Source: Zygnema circumcarinatum SAG 698-1b | Lineage: Eukaryota > Plantae > Zygnematophyceae | Direction: 5' to 3' | NCBI GenBank assembly: GCA_037447605.1 | Contig: CM074823.1 | Location: 620,001 to 684,000 of the forward strand | DNA: 64,000 nt | Shown: positions 1-12,527 of the stretch, piece by piece | Layout: each line of letters begins with the position of its first letter | Numbering within the stretch: the stretch's first letter is position 1 | Program-made: the position numbers and the translations under genes | Notes under the pieces: generated by a model | The model's database searches: none | The model's input: the letters and a program-made list of their open reading frames with translations, nothing else | Told to the model about the DNA's origin: nothing

Positions 1-3000
1 ATTCAATACTATCGTAATCAGTTCGATTCAATACTATTTTACTCGGTTCGATTCAATACTATTGTGCCCGGTTCGCTTCAATACTATCGTGAACAGTTCG
101 ATTCAATACTATTGTAATCGGTTCGTCTCAATATTATCGTGCCCGGTTCGATTCAATACTCTTGTACTCGGTTCGTTTCGGATCGATTCAATATTGCTGT
201 GCCCGGTTCAATTCAATATTATCTTTCCCAGTTCGATTCAATACTATCGTAATCGGTTCGATTCAATACTATTGTACTCGTTTCGGGTCAATACTATCGT
301 AATCGGTTCGATTCAATACTATTGTACTCGGTTCGATTCAATACTATCGTACTCAGTTCGATTCAATACTATCGTACTCGGTTCAATTCAATATTATCGT
401 ACTCGCTTCGATTCAATACTATAGTACTCAGTTCGATTCAATACTATCGTACTCAGTTCGATTCAATACTATCGTAATCAGTTCGATTCAATACTATTGT
501 ACTCAGGTCGATTCAATATTATTGTAATCGGTTCGATTCAATATTATCGTACTCGGTTCAATTTAATATTATCGTACTCGGTTCAATTCAATACTATCGT
601 AATCGGTTCGATTCAATTCTATGCTCGGTTCGATTGGTGCTATCGTGCTCGGTTCGATCGATGCTGTCGTAATCAGTTCGATTCGATACTATCGTGATCG
701 GTTGGGTTGCGTACTATTTGTACTCGGTTTGATACAATGTTTGTCATGCTCAGTTCGATTCAATACTATTGTAATCGGTTCGATTCAACGACTGTTTGCT
801 TTATCTCAGTTCGATTCAATATTCATGCTCGGTTCAATTCAATATTTATCGTGCTCGGTTCAATTCAATATTATTGTGCTCGGTTCATTTCAATATTATT
901 GTACTCCGTTCAATTCAATACTATCGTGCTCGGTTCAGTTCAATATTATTGTGCTCAGTTCGATTCAATGCTATCGTAATTAATTCGGTTCTGATGCTTA
1001 TCATAAGTCGGTTCAATTCAATATTATTGTACTCAGTTCGATTCAATATTATTGTAATCGGTTCGATTCAATATTATCGTACTCGGTTCAATTCAATATT
1101 ATCGTACTCGCTTCGATTCAATACTATCGTACTCAGTTCGATTCAATACTATCGTACTCAGTTCGATTCAATATACTCGTATTCAATCTATCGTTCGATT
1201 CTAATACTATTGTACTCGGTTCGATTCAATACTATCGTACTCAGTTCGATTCAATACTATCGTAATCGGTTCGATTCAATACTATTGTACTCAGTTCGAT
1301 TCAATATTATTGTAATCGGTTCGATTCAATATTATCGTACTCGGTTCAATTCAATATTATCGTACTCGGTTCAATTCAATACTATCGTAATCGGTTCGAT
1401 TCAATACTATTGTACTCGGTTCGATTCAATACTATCGTACTCAGTTCGATTCAATACTATCGTACTCAGTTCGATTCAATACTATCGTAATCAGTTCGAT
1501 TCGATTCAATACTATTGTACTCAGGTTCGATTCAATATTATTGTAATCGGTTCGATTCAATATTATCGTACTCGGTTCAATTCAATATTATCGTACTCGG
1601 TTCAATTCAATACTATCGTAATCGGTTCGATACTCGGTTCGATTCAATACTATCGTACTCAGTTCGATTCAATACTATCGTACTCAGTTTCATTCAATAC
1701 TATCGTAATCAGTTCGATTCAATACTATTTTACTCGGTTCGATTCAATACTATTGTGCCCGGTTCGCTTCAATACTATCGTGAACAGTTCGATTCAATAC
1801 TATTGTAATCGGTTCGTCTCAATATTATCGTGCCCGGTTCGATTCAATACTCTTGTACTCGGTTCGTTTCGGATCGATTCAATATTGCTGTGCCCGGTTC
1901 AATTCAATATTATCTTTCCCAGTTCGATTCAATACTATCGTAATCGGTTCGATTCAATACTATTGTACTCGGTTCGATTCAATACTATCGTACTCAGTTC
2001 GATTCAATACTATCGTACTCGGTTCAATTCAATATTATCGTACTCGCTTCGATTCAATACTATTGTACTCGGTTCGATTCAATACTATTTCAATACACTA
2101 TTGTACTCAGTTCGATTCAATATTATTGTAATCGGTTCGATTCAATATTATCGTACTCGGTTCAATTCAATATTATCGTACTCGGTTCAATTCAATATCG
2201 TACTCGGTTCGATTCAATACTATCGTACTCAGTTCGATTCAATACTATCGTACTCAGTTCGATTCAATACTATCGTAATCGTATTAAATACTATTGTACT
2301 CGGTTCGATTCAATACTATCGTACTCAGTTCGATTCAATACTATCGTAATCGGTTCGATTCAATACTATTGTACTCAGTTCGATTCAATATTATCGTACT
2401 CGGTTCAATTCAATACTATCGTACTCGGTTCGATTCAATACTATTGTACTCGGTTCTATCGTACTCAGTTCGATTCAATACTATCGTAATCAGTTCGATT
2501 CAATACTATCGTAATCGGTTCGATTCAATACTATTGTACTCGGTTCGATTCAATACTATCGTACTCAGTTCGATTCAATACTATCGTAATCAGTTCGATT
2601 CAATACTATCGTAATCGGTTCGATTCAATACTATTGTACTCGGTTCGATTCAATACTATCGTACTCAGTTCGATTCATACTATATCGGTTCGATTCAATA
2701 TTATTGTAATCGGTTCGATTCAATATTATCGTACTCGGTTCAATTCAATATTATCGTACTCGGTTCAATTCAATACTATTGTACTCAGTTCGATTCAATA
2801 CTATCGTACTCAGTTCGATTCAATACTATCGTACTCAGTTCGATTCAATACTATCGTAATCAGTTCGATTAAATACTATTGTACTCGGTTCGATTCAATA
2901 CTATCGTACTCAGTTCGATTCAATACTATCGTAATCGGTTCGATTCAATACTATTGTACTCAGTTCGATTCAATATTATTGTAATCGGTTCGATTCAATA

Positions 3001-3210
3001 TTATCGTACTCGGTTCAATTCAATAATTCAATACTATCGTAATCGGTTCGATTCAATAATATTGTACTCGGTTCGATTCAATACTATCGTACTCAGTTCG
3101 ATTCAATATTATCGTAATCGGTTCGATTCAATATTATCGTACTTGGTTCGATTCAATACTATCGTGATCGGTTCGATTCAATACTATCGTACTCGGTTCG
3201 ATTCAATACT
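1..3210. repeat. 25-bp tandem satellite (consensus ATTCAATACTATCGTACTCGGTTCG), about 128 copies, probably continuing left of the window
   Basis: Unit starts at 1, 26 and 51, and the periodicity persists to ~3210. Variant monomers recur in blocks; for example 61-250 reappears at ~1752-1940. There are no unique spacers. Confidence 0.97.
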
Positions 3211-3639
3211 GTCGTTCTTGGAACGATGTCCAAGACTGTCTATCGATCTTGTTCCGCAAAGACGATATTGCCAACCATTGCCATCCAATGGTTGGTCAGC
3301 CAATGGTTGCCGACGATCGACATTCTCACACTGCCAAAGTTTTTCGAAAAAACACAATTTTAAGCAAATGGAGCGGAAGTGCGGAACACATCGACGTGAC
3401 ACACAATCTCTCGAGCGCGATTGGCCCAAGCATCTCCATGAAAACATTTTATTCTGCCCGAACCGAACGTTTTGAGTTTTCGGGCAGGCACATGGCAAGA
3501 AAAAAATTCACCTATTTCAGGACACGCTACGTGGCCGCCAGCTGGCGCACTACTATTGGATGTCGTACAGCCGACCGTTCCCTCCAACAGTTTCAGTTTC
3601 TGTTAAAGGAACACATGTTGTAGGTGACATGACCTAAAG

Positions 3640-3760
3640 CTCTACCAACCCTGAAAACCCTAAAAACCCTAAAACTCTAAAAACCCGAAAACCCTAAATC
3701 CAACTCTAAAACCCAAATGCCCTAAAACCCTAAAACCCTAAAACCCTTAAACCCCATTTT
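3640..3760 (+). repeat. Degenerate telomere-like (CCCTAAA)n tract
   Basis: Repeated AAACCCT/AAAACCCT variants just beyond the LAF3-like stop codon. Confidence 0.85.
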
Positions 3761-3763
3761 GCT

Positions 3764-5325
3764 TTATCGCATGGAAATTTTTCGCATGGAAATTTCGGGC
3801 TTGGAGGGGTTCAGATAAACCCTCCGCCCGCCGACGTACGTTTCAAGAATTTCCGGCAGCGGGTCGCCCGTGGCGAGGGCCGCCGGAAGGTTCGCGGAAA
3901 GCACGACCATGTCCGCGAACTTGCCGGGCTCCAAGGTCCCGATCTCGTCCTCCCAACGGCTCGCAAAGGCGGCGTATTTGGTGTACCTTTAAAAGCAAAA
4001 AAAAATAGGGTTTAGGGTTTTAGGCTTTTTAGAGATTTTAGAGTTGTTAGAGTTTAAGAGTTTTTAGGATTTTTAGAGTTTTGGGGTTTTTAGGGTTTGA
4101 GGTTTTTTAGGGTTATCAGGGTTTTTAGGGTTCTCAGGATTTAAGCGTTTTTAGGGTTTTAGAGTTTTGAAGTTTTTAGGGTTCTCAGGGTTTTTAAGGT
4201 TTGTAGGGTTTTCAGGGTTTTAGGGTTTTTAGGGTTTTAGGATTTTCAGGGTTTCTGATTTTTTAGGGTTTTAGAGTTTTCAGGGTTTTAGGGTTTTAAG
4301 ATTTCGAGGGTTTTAGGATTTTAGGGGTTTTAGGGTTCTTAGGAACTTAGAATTTTGGTCGACCACAAGACGACAAAAACGGCGACCTTTAACGGATTTT
4401 CCGCCTCACCCCAACAGAGCCTCCGTTGGCGTAACAGTTTCTCTGTAGTTGAACGGTTTTTTCCATCCGTACGGTTTCCGTGTAACGGCGGCATACATCC
4501 CCTCCAACGGCTGCAGTTTCGCCACCTGTCCAGTAAAAAAAAAGCCTAAGAAATTATGATTTTGCTATACTTCATAAGTAAAAATCTACAAATAACATCA
4601 TCATAAACGAATAGAAAGGTTCGAAGCTCAGACGTAATATGCATGTACTATACACATACACTCACATATGTCCATATGAATACATACATGCATACATACA
4701 TGCATACATGCATACATCCATGCATACATACATACATCCATACATACATGCATACATACATACATACACACATACATACATGCATGCATGCATACATGCA
4801 TACATCCATACATATATGCATACATGCATACATCCATACATACATACATGCATACATACATACATAGCATCCATACATACATGCATACATGCAGACATGG
4901 ATACATCAATTTTTTTTTGCCACTTTAAGGAAACGGTCCCGCCGATTACCGTCCAGTCCGAGCCGAGTGCTATGGTCGATCCGTTCCGTAGCAGCGAACG
5001 GAGGCAGTACGCCCTCTCCAGACGCTCCGTCCCCAAACGGACCTCCATGGAAATGGCGTCATCCAAAATCTGCTGAGGCTGCCCGGACACAAAAAGAAGG
5101 GAAAAAAAAAAATTAAGGAAAAATGAAAAAGATGGGGAGAGAGGAGAGACTTCCCCATTAAGGAGTTCCCGCATAAAACAAAAGAAAAAGGGGGTTTTGG
5201 GCGTTTAGGAATGGGTACAAATGGGGTATATATGGCAGCAGACCTGCATGGAGGAAATAACTTTAAGGGCTCCCGCGCGCTTTGCGGCATCCGGGGAGAG
5301 GTGCTGCATGTGCTCCACCTGCAGG

Positions 5326-5378
<53 letters not shown>

Positions 5379-5913
5379 GAGAGGAAGAGAGCGGGGGAGA
5401 GAGTATTTGTTCGAGAGAGAGTGGAAGAGAGGAGAGAGAGGGACACGGGCAGACAGAAAGAGGGATAACGAGAATAAAGACGGGGACGGAGAAAGTGGGA
5501 CAGGGAGAGGGAGAGAAAGGGAGGGAGAGAGGGAAGGAGAGAGAGGAGGGAGAGAGGGAAGGAGAGAGGGAGGGAAGGAGCGAGAGGAGGGAGAGAGGGA
5601 AGGAGAGAGAGGAGGGAGAGAGGGAAGGGGAGAGAGGGAAGGAGAGAGGGAGGAGAGAGAGAGAGGGGAAAGGGGAGAGAGAGAGACTTCCATTAAGGAG
5701 TTCCCGCATAAAACAAAAGAAAAAGGGGGTTTTGGGCGTTTAGGAATGGGTACAAATGGGGTATATATGGCAGCAGACCTGCATGGAGGAAATAACTTTA
5801 AGGGCTCCCGCGCGCTTTGCGGCATCCGGGGAGAGGTGCTGCATGTGCTCCACCTGCAGGCCAGAGAGAGAGAGAGAGAGGGTGAGAGAGTGAGAGAGAG
5901 AGGGAGAGGGAGA

Positions 5914-5963
<50 letters not shown>

Positions 5964-6309
5964 GAGAGAAGAGGGAGACAGAAAAGTGAAGAGAAAAGAA
6001 AATAGTGAAAAGATTAATATTTCTATTATTACTCTTATCATTATCATTATTATTATAATTATTAGTATTACATTATTATTATTATTATTCTTATCATTAT
6101 TATTATTCCTATGCTTCAGTCCCGGGCAGCACCTGCAGACCCGCGGCAGAGGCAGGACCCGCCTCCGCCTTTAAATCGGACTTGGAGGTCACCGCCAGAC
6201 CGTACTGGGAGGGGGCGTCGGCGTACGGCTGCGGGAGAGGGAGAGGGAGAGGGAGAGGGAGAGGGAGAGGGAGAGGGAGAGGGAGAGGGAGAGGGAGGGA
6301 GAGGGTCAG

Positions 6310-6347
<38 letters not shown>

Positions 6348-7059
6348 GGTGAGAGAGAGAGAGGGAGAGGGAGAGGGTCAGAGAGAGAGAGAGGGAGAGG
6401 GAGAGGGTCAGAGAGAGAGAGAGAGGGTGAGAGAGTGAGAGAGAGAGGGTGAGAGAGAGAGAGGGAGAGGGAGAGGGTCAGAGAGGGAGAGAGGGAGAGG
6501 GACAGGAAGAGGGACAGGGAGAAGGTGAGAGGGGGGGAGAGGTAGAGGGAGGGAGGGAGGGAGGGAGGGAGGAGGGAGGGAGGAGGGAGGGAGGAGGGAG
6601 AGAGGGAGAGGGAGAGGGAGAGAGAGGAGAGAGAGAGAGAGAGGAGAGAGGGAGAGGAGGGAGAGGGAGAGGGAGCGGGAGAGGGAGAGGGAGTGGGAGA
6701 GGGAGAGGGAGAGCAGTGCAGGGGAGGGCGAGAGTACGAGGAGAGGAGAGAGAGGAGGGGAAGATGAGAGAAAATGGCGAGCGGCAGGATGATTCGGAGG
6801 GGGTGGGAGAGGGAGAGAGCATGAGAGGGAAAGGGAGAGGGAGAGGGAGAGGGTGAGGGAGAGGCAGAGAAAGGGGCAGACGAAGGGAGAGGTGATGGAG
6901 AGAGTAAGAGAGAGAGAGAGAGAGAGGGAGAGAGAGGAGGAGAGAGACTACCTCATGGAAGAGAGCAGTTCGGGAGCCCAAAGAGCCATCTGAAAATTCT
7001 TTCAGTAAACCCCAACGGAGCCATTGGCTCGCTTTCCACCCCCTTTCAGACACAAGATT

Positions 7060-7108
<49 letters not shown>

Positions 7109-8124
7109 ACCCCAATTTTACCCGTTAAAAAGACATGTATATAAATGCAAAAAAATGAGGAATGAAGTTCAGGAGAAAGTGGGAAAGTACTGAGTTCTAG
7201 GAATAGAAATGTGGAAAAGGAAAGAGTGGAGAAATCCAAGGTAGGGATCGTACGGCCAACTGTTTCCATGTGGGCAACGGAACGGCGGCATATACTCGCG
7301 TTAACAGTTGGCCCGTTGAATCCGCCCACATGTAAACATCTGTTTTCCGTTATCAAGAAAATACGGTTACGAGAATTCACAACCTCAAAAAGCAAAAAAA
7401 AAAAAAAAATGTATATATTTTTCTAGGACATAATGATCCAAAAAGCAAAAGATAAAACGTTTCAAAGCATTGATTCCAGATACAACATGAAATGAAAGGA
7501 AAACAAACGTTTTTATTAAAAAAAAGATAATATATTTACAGTACAAATCGTCCCAATTCTTTTGCAAGGCCCCTCCCGGTACGTAGTGCCCAAAATCCGT
7601 GACAGCTGTCACGCCGTTCTTTGCGGCATGTTCCGTCGCGCGACGGAGCGCCGTTCTCCGTTCGGCCGTTGAGGGGAACGGAACGGCGGCTTGCATGAGA
7701 CCCACGGCGGAGTCCTTGAGCACGCCGGTGGGTTCTGCGGGGAGGGAGGGAGGGAGGGANNNNNNNNNNGAGGGAGAGGGAGGGAGGGAGAGGGGGGGAG
7801 GGAGAGGGAGGGAGAGAGGGAGAGGTCAGGTACACTGGGAGCGAGGAGTGACAGATGCAGGGAGAGAGGGAGAGGAGGGAGAGGTGAGGTAGACTGGGTA
7901 GGAGAGGGAAAGCCAGAGAAAGGGAGAGAGGGAGAGATCAGGTAGACTGGGTGGGAGAGGGAAAGCTAGAGAGGGAGGGAGAGAGGGGGAGGTCAGGTAG
8001 ACTGGGAAGGAGATGAAGGAGAGAGGGGCGGGGAAAGGAGGGAAAGCACACAGAGAGAGAGGGGGGGAAGGGAGAGGACAGAGTACGAGGGGGAGAGGGG
8101 GCAGGGGGGGACCCCAGAGAGTGG

Positions 8125-8170
<46 letters not shown>

Positions 8171-11100
8171 TCTGAAGTTCTAGGACTTCAGAGTTTCTAT
8201 GGTTAGCTGATCAAACTTTGGACCGCAATAAGGGTTTCAGGAATTAAGAATGCAAGATTTCAGTAGGGTTCAAGGATTCCTCCATTTTAGGGTTTAGGGC
8301 TTAGGATTTTCGTTTGTAGGGTTTCGGGTTTCACGGTTTAAGGCTTTCATTTCTTCAGGGCTGAAGGTTTTATGGTTTAGAGTTTCCATTATTTAGGGTT
8401 GAGGGTTTGAGGGTTTAAGGTTTCCATTTTTTAGGGTTTAGGGCTTTAGGGTTTAGGGTTTCTATATTTTAAGTTTTAGGGTTTTAGGGTTTAGGGTTTC
8501 TACGTTTTAAGGTTTAGGGTTTTAGGGTTTAGGGTTTCTATGTATTAAGGTTTAGGGTTTTAGGGTTTAGGGTTTCTATGTATTAAGGTTTAGGGTTTTA
8601 GGGTTTAGGGTTTAGGGTTTCCATGTATTGAGGTTTAGGGTTTTAGGGTTTAGGGTTTTAGGGTTACCTCCCGCGGCGTCCCGCACAATAGCCCCCCCCT
8701 CGGGGTCCGGCGTTGACCGGTTGACCATCGCCAGCGCGAGCGCCGCTGAGTTGGCGACGCCCATGTGGCCGTCGATGCGCTCCAGCCACACCTGCCAATC
8801 ACAGCGCGCCACGTGTCACGGATGCCAGTCACAGCGCGCCACGTGTCAGGCCTGCCAATCAAAGCGCGCCAGCTGTTTCCAGTTCCATTTTCGCCTTCCT
8901 CAAACTGTCTTTCCACCTTCTTCTCCCATCTTTCTTTCCCATTGCTTTCTCCCCCACTCTGTTCACCTCTCCCTTCTGCTCTTCACCTCACCTCTCCCTC
9001 CTCCCCTCCACTCCCCCATCCATTCCCTCTCCTCTCTACACTCCCCTCCACCTCTCTCTCTCCCCCTCCCCCTCACTCCCTCTCCCCCTCATCCCTCTCT
9101 CTCTCCCACTCCCCTCCCTCCTCCCTCCCCCCCAGATTTCCCCGAGGCCGGGCCCAGCCACGCCTGGAGGCAGCGCACTGCTTGCAATGGTCCCTTGTTC
9201 CAGCGCCTACCCCAACACCCACTGCAGCCGCTCCTTCGCTCCTGGAGGGAGGGAGAGGGAGAGGGAGAGAGAGAGAGAGAGAGAGAGAGAAGTGAGAGAG
9301 GAGAGAGGGAGAGGGAGTGGGAGAGGGAGAGAGAGAAGGAGAAAAGAAGCGAGAGAGGGGGAGAGAGAGAGGAGAGTAGGAGGGAAAGAGGGATAGAGGA
9401 GGAGAGATAAGGAGAGGGGGAGGGAGAGAGGGGGAGAGAGTGAAGAGAGTAAGAGGGAAAGAGGGATAGAGGAGGAGAGACAAGGAGAGGGAGAGGGAGA
9501 GAGGGGGAGAGAGGGAATTGACAGAGGGAGAGAGGGAGAGGGAGAGGGAGAGAGGAGAAGCGAGAGAGGGGGAGAGAGTGAAGAGAGTAAGAGGGAAAGA
9601 GGGATAGAGGAGGAGAGACAAGGAGAGGGAGAGGGAGAGAGGGGGAGAGAGGGAATTGACAGAGGGAGAGAGGGAGAGGGAGAGGGAGAGAGAGGAGAAG
9701 CGAGAGAGGGGGAGAAAGCGAAGAGAGTAAGAGGGAAAGAGGGATAGAGGAAGAGAGACAAGGAGAGGGAGAGGGAAAGGAGTGGGGAAGAGGAAACGAT
9801 AGGAGAAATGGCGAGTGAGAAATAACGAGAGAGAGAGGGAAGGGGGGGGAGAGAGTTTAGAGAGGAGGTGGGGGACGGTTAGATATACATTTGCATGCGG
9901 AGAATTATTGGGCGCCCAATGCAGAAGAAAATACTGAAAGTAAAAAAATGATTCGGAAAAAAAAAACCTTTGACCCCTTGAGTCACTGCTGTCGCCACGT
10001 CAGCAGCACTCCGACACTGGGAGAGATCCATGCGCCCGAGCTGCTCCCTCACTCTCGAGCGGAGGGGAGTGAGAGAGGGAGAGAGGGAGAGAGGACGGAA
10101 GTGAGAGAGGGAGAGAGGGAGGGAGTGAGATAGGGAGAGAGAGGGAGAGAGGGAGAGAGAAAGGGAGAGAGAGGGAGAGAGGGGGAGTGAGAGAGGGAGA
10201 GAGGAGTGCGACAGGGAGAGAGAGAGTGAGAGAGGGAGAGAGAGGGGGAGTGATAGTGGGAGAGAGAGAGGGAGGGAGCGAGGGGGAGCGGGAGGGGGAG
10301 GGAGGGCGAGAACGAGGGGTAGGGGGAGGGAGGGGGAGGGAGGGAGAGCGAGAACGAGGGGTAGGGGGAGGGAGGGGGAGGGAGGGAGAGCAAAGAAGGA
10401 GAGTGGGGGGAGAGGCGGGAGAGGGAGAGAAACAAAGAGAGCAGAGAAGGAGAGGAAAAAGGAGAGGAAGTGGGAGAGGGAGAGGAGAGGCAGAGACACG
10501 AGAGGAAGAGAGAGAGGGAGAGGGAGAGGGAGAGGGAGAGTTAGAGAATGCCACCATAGAGAAACCCCAACACACCTCCAAGCTTGAATCCCCTCTCACC
10601 TGAATTCCGCCCAAAACGAAGTGCACGTGTGAATCGTGGAATCCGGGCGTCACGAAGGCGCCTCCGAGATCAACCGTTTCGGTTGATCTCCCGGCCAGAG
10701 CCTGCAGATTCCACCAGATTTGGATCCACTTCTCTCAAAGGCCCTTCATTGGAAAAAATTCTCCTTTGATTAAGGATGAAATTATGGATTCCGTACCATA
10801 TGTTGACGGCTGGTGTAGCATGATAGGTTTACATATGAAGGTTGTATTGCTCTTTTTGTACACTCCATTCCTCTCTCTCTCACACCCACTTCCCTACTTC
10901 CCTCTATCTCTCCGCCTGTCTCTTCATCCCTCTCTCTCCCACTACCCCTCCTCCCTCTCCCCCTTCTCCCACCCTCTGCCTGCTCGCTCTCTCCCCCCTC
11001 CTCCCGCTCACTACCTCTGCGAATCCTCCTTCACCCTCCCTCCCTCCCTCTCTATCTCCCTCCCTCCCACTTTCCATCGTTCCCTTCGCCCCAAAAACCA

Positions 11101-12111
11101 AAAACCGAATGCTAGTCATGAACAGTCCCTGCAGCTCGCATGAAAACCTGAAGACGACCCTTAAAAACCCTAAACTCCCTACAAGCTTAAAACTAAAATA
11201 ACAACTCTATGAAATCCTCCATATGAGTCAGTATGAAATATAATACATGATTATTCCCCCCGCCCCCATCCTCCTCTCCCCCCCTTTTTTTTTTTTTTAA
11301 CCTGAATTCTTTCCCGGCCCCCAATGTCGTAAATAATTCCATCGCGAACCGCCATTGCCTCCGCCCACGGCTCTAAGGACGAGGCCGTCCAAAATGTTGC
11401 GTTCCAAAATACCACATCAGGGGGCTTGTCTATGCCTGAGAGGGGGAGAGGGAGGGGGAGGGGAGGNNNNNNNNNNGAGGGGGAGGGGGGGAGAGGAGGA
11501 GAGGAGATTTGGGGAGGGGGAGACAAAGGGGCAAGGGGAGAGCGAGGAGTGCGTTCGAGAGTGGGAGAGAGAGTGGGAAGGAGAGGGAGAGGAGACGGAG
11601 AAATTAAATAATTATTTAGTAGTAGATAATAATTTTCACTTTGAGGTTTTTTGAACCAAAACCCAAAATTAATGGAAGTAAAGAAATAAAAACCATTTAA
11701 CTGCCAAAACTTCTTACTCTAGACACCGTAAAATTCCCCTTCAAAATTCTCAAAATCTCAGGGTCCCAATTCTCACAAAAGAAAAATTCAACGCCCTGAA
11801 AAATTTACCCTTTAACCTCAATATTGCAGCCCTTCTTCCTAAACCCTAAACCTAAAATTTGACTTAAGCTTTCTAAAAGACGAAATTGGCCTTTAAAATT
11901 ACCACAGCCCCTCCTCTCCACCCCTAAAGAAAGGTATTGGGTGCAATGTGGTATTAACTCCACGTGGCGCCATTCAGCTTCTGACAAGTGGCAGAATTGA
12001 TTCGAGTGACACGTGTGGCTCACCGAGGCGGTCTGGATCGTCGGCGAATCGAAAAATAAAGACCGCCGATCCGATCACCGTCACGGAGATGACAAGTGGC
12101 CAGATGTTCAT
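3764..12111 (-). CDS. LAF3: LAF3-like amidohydrolase (YtcJ/amidohydrolase_3 family), multi-exon, with N-terminal hydrophobic anchor
   Basis: Phase-consistent GT-AG exons on the minus strand: 12024-12111 ([20 protein letters not shown]), 11302-11435 ([18 protein letters not shown]), 10600-10701 ([10 protein letters not shown] metal motif), 9968-10040, ~9135-9241 (damaged), 8668-8791 ([18 protein letters not shown]), 7540-7734, 7254-7339, 6952-7059 ([15 protein letters not shown]), 6133-6228, 5779-5853 duplicated at 5244-5318 (VEHMQH), 4950-5078 (ALGSDW), 4410-4525, 3764-3986 ([20 protein letters not shown], stop). Motif order matches plant LAF3 as I recall it. The HAIGD exon was not found. Confidence 0.9.
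4010..4350 (+). repeat. Intronic degenerate (TTTAGGG)n tract
   Basis: TTTTAGGG/TTTAGAG variants inside the last LAF3-like intron. Confidence 0.85.
4640..4900. repeat. (CATA)n/(CATG)n microsatellite
   Basis: Direct reading; intronic. Confidence 0.9.
8280..8665 (+). repeat. Intronic degenerate (TTTAGGG)n tract
   Basis: TTTAGGG/TTTTAGGG arrays abutting the donor of exon 8668-8791. Confidence 0.9.
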
Positions 12112-12527
12112 GGCGCCTCGTGTAGGTGACACGTGGCAGTTTATTCGAGGCGACACGTGCGAAAGACACGGCAGCACCTGCTGCGAACTGACAGCTGGCG
12201 CGAGCCGGCCAAAAAGGGCTCCCCTAATCCTGACTCCTAAGGGGCGAAAATTCCAACTGGTAAAGTTACGGATGTAAAGTATTCATTCGATAACGTCAGC
12301 AAATTTACATCGTGGAGAATAGTCAAGTGACGTTACCGAAGAGCTGACTTTATAAAGTCACTGACGTGGCGCCCATTCATTGGTGGGACATTATTCGTAC
12401 TTCCCGAAAGACGACAAAATGCTTCATCGACATCATTTAAATGTGCCGCCCGGAAGTCACTGTACCATCGGACCGTTGGTTGTACGACAATGTCGGTGGG
12501 CCGGATTTCTCACTGTACGAATGTTTC

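Noticed and set aside
1-3210. CRISPR array or protein-coding ORFs (e.g. 796..2349) in the 25-bp repeat
   Set aside because: Monomers are head-to-tail with no unique spacers, there are no cas genes, and the context is eukaryotic. The ORFs are just stop-free frames of the satellite.
11950-12380. Specific G-box/ABRE promoter module
   Set aside because: CACGTG/ACGTGG motifs are abundant throughout the window, including introns, so they cannot be called functional from sequence alone.
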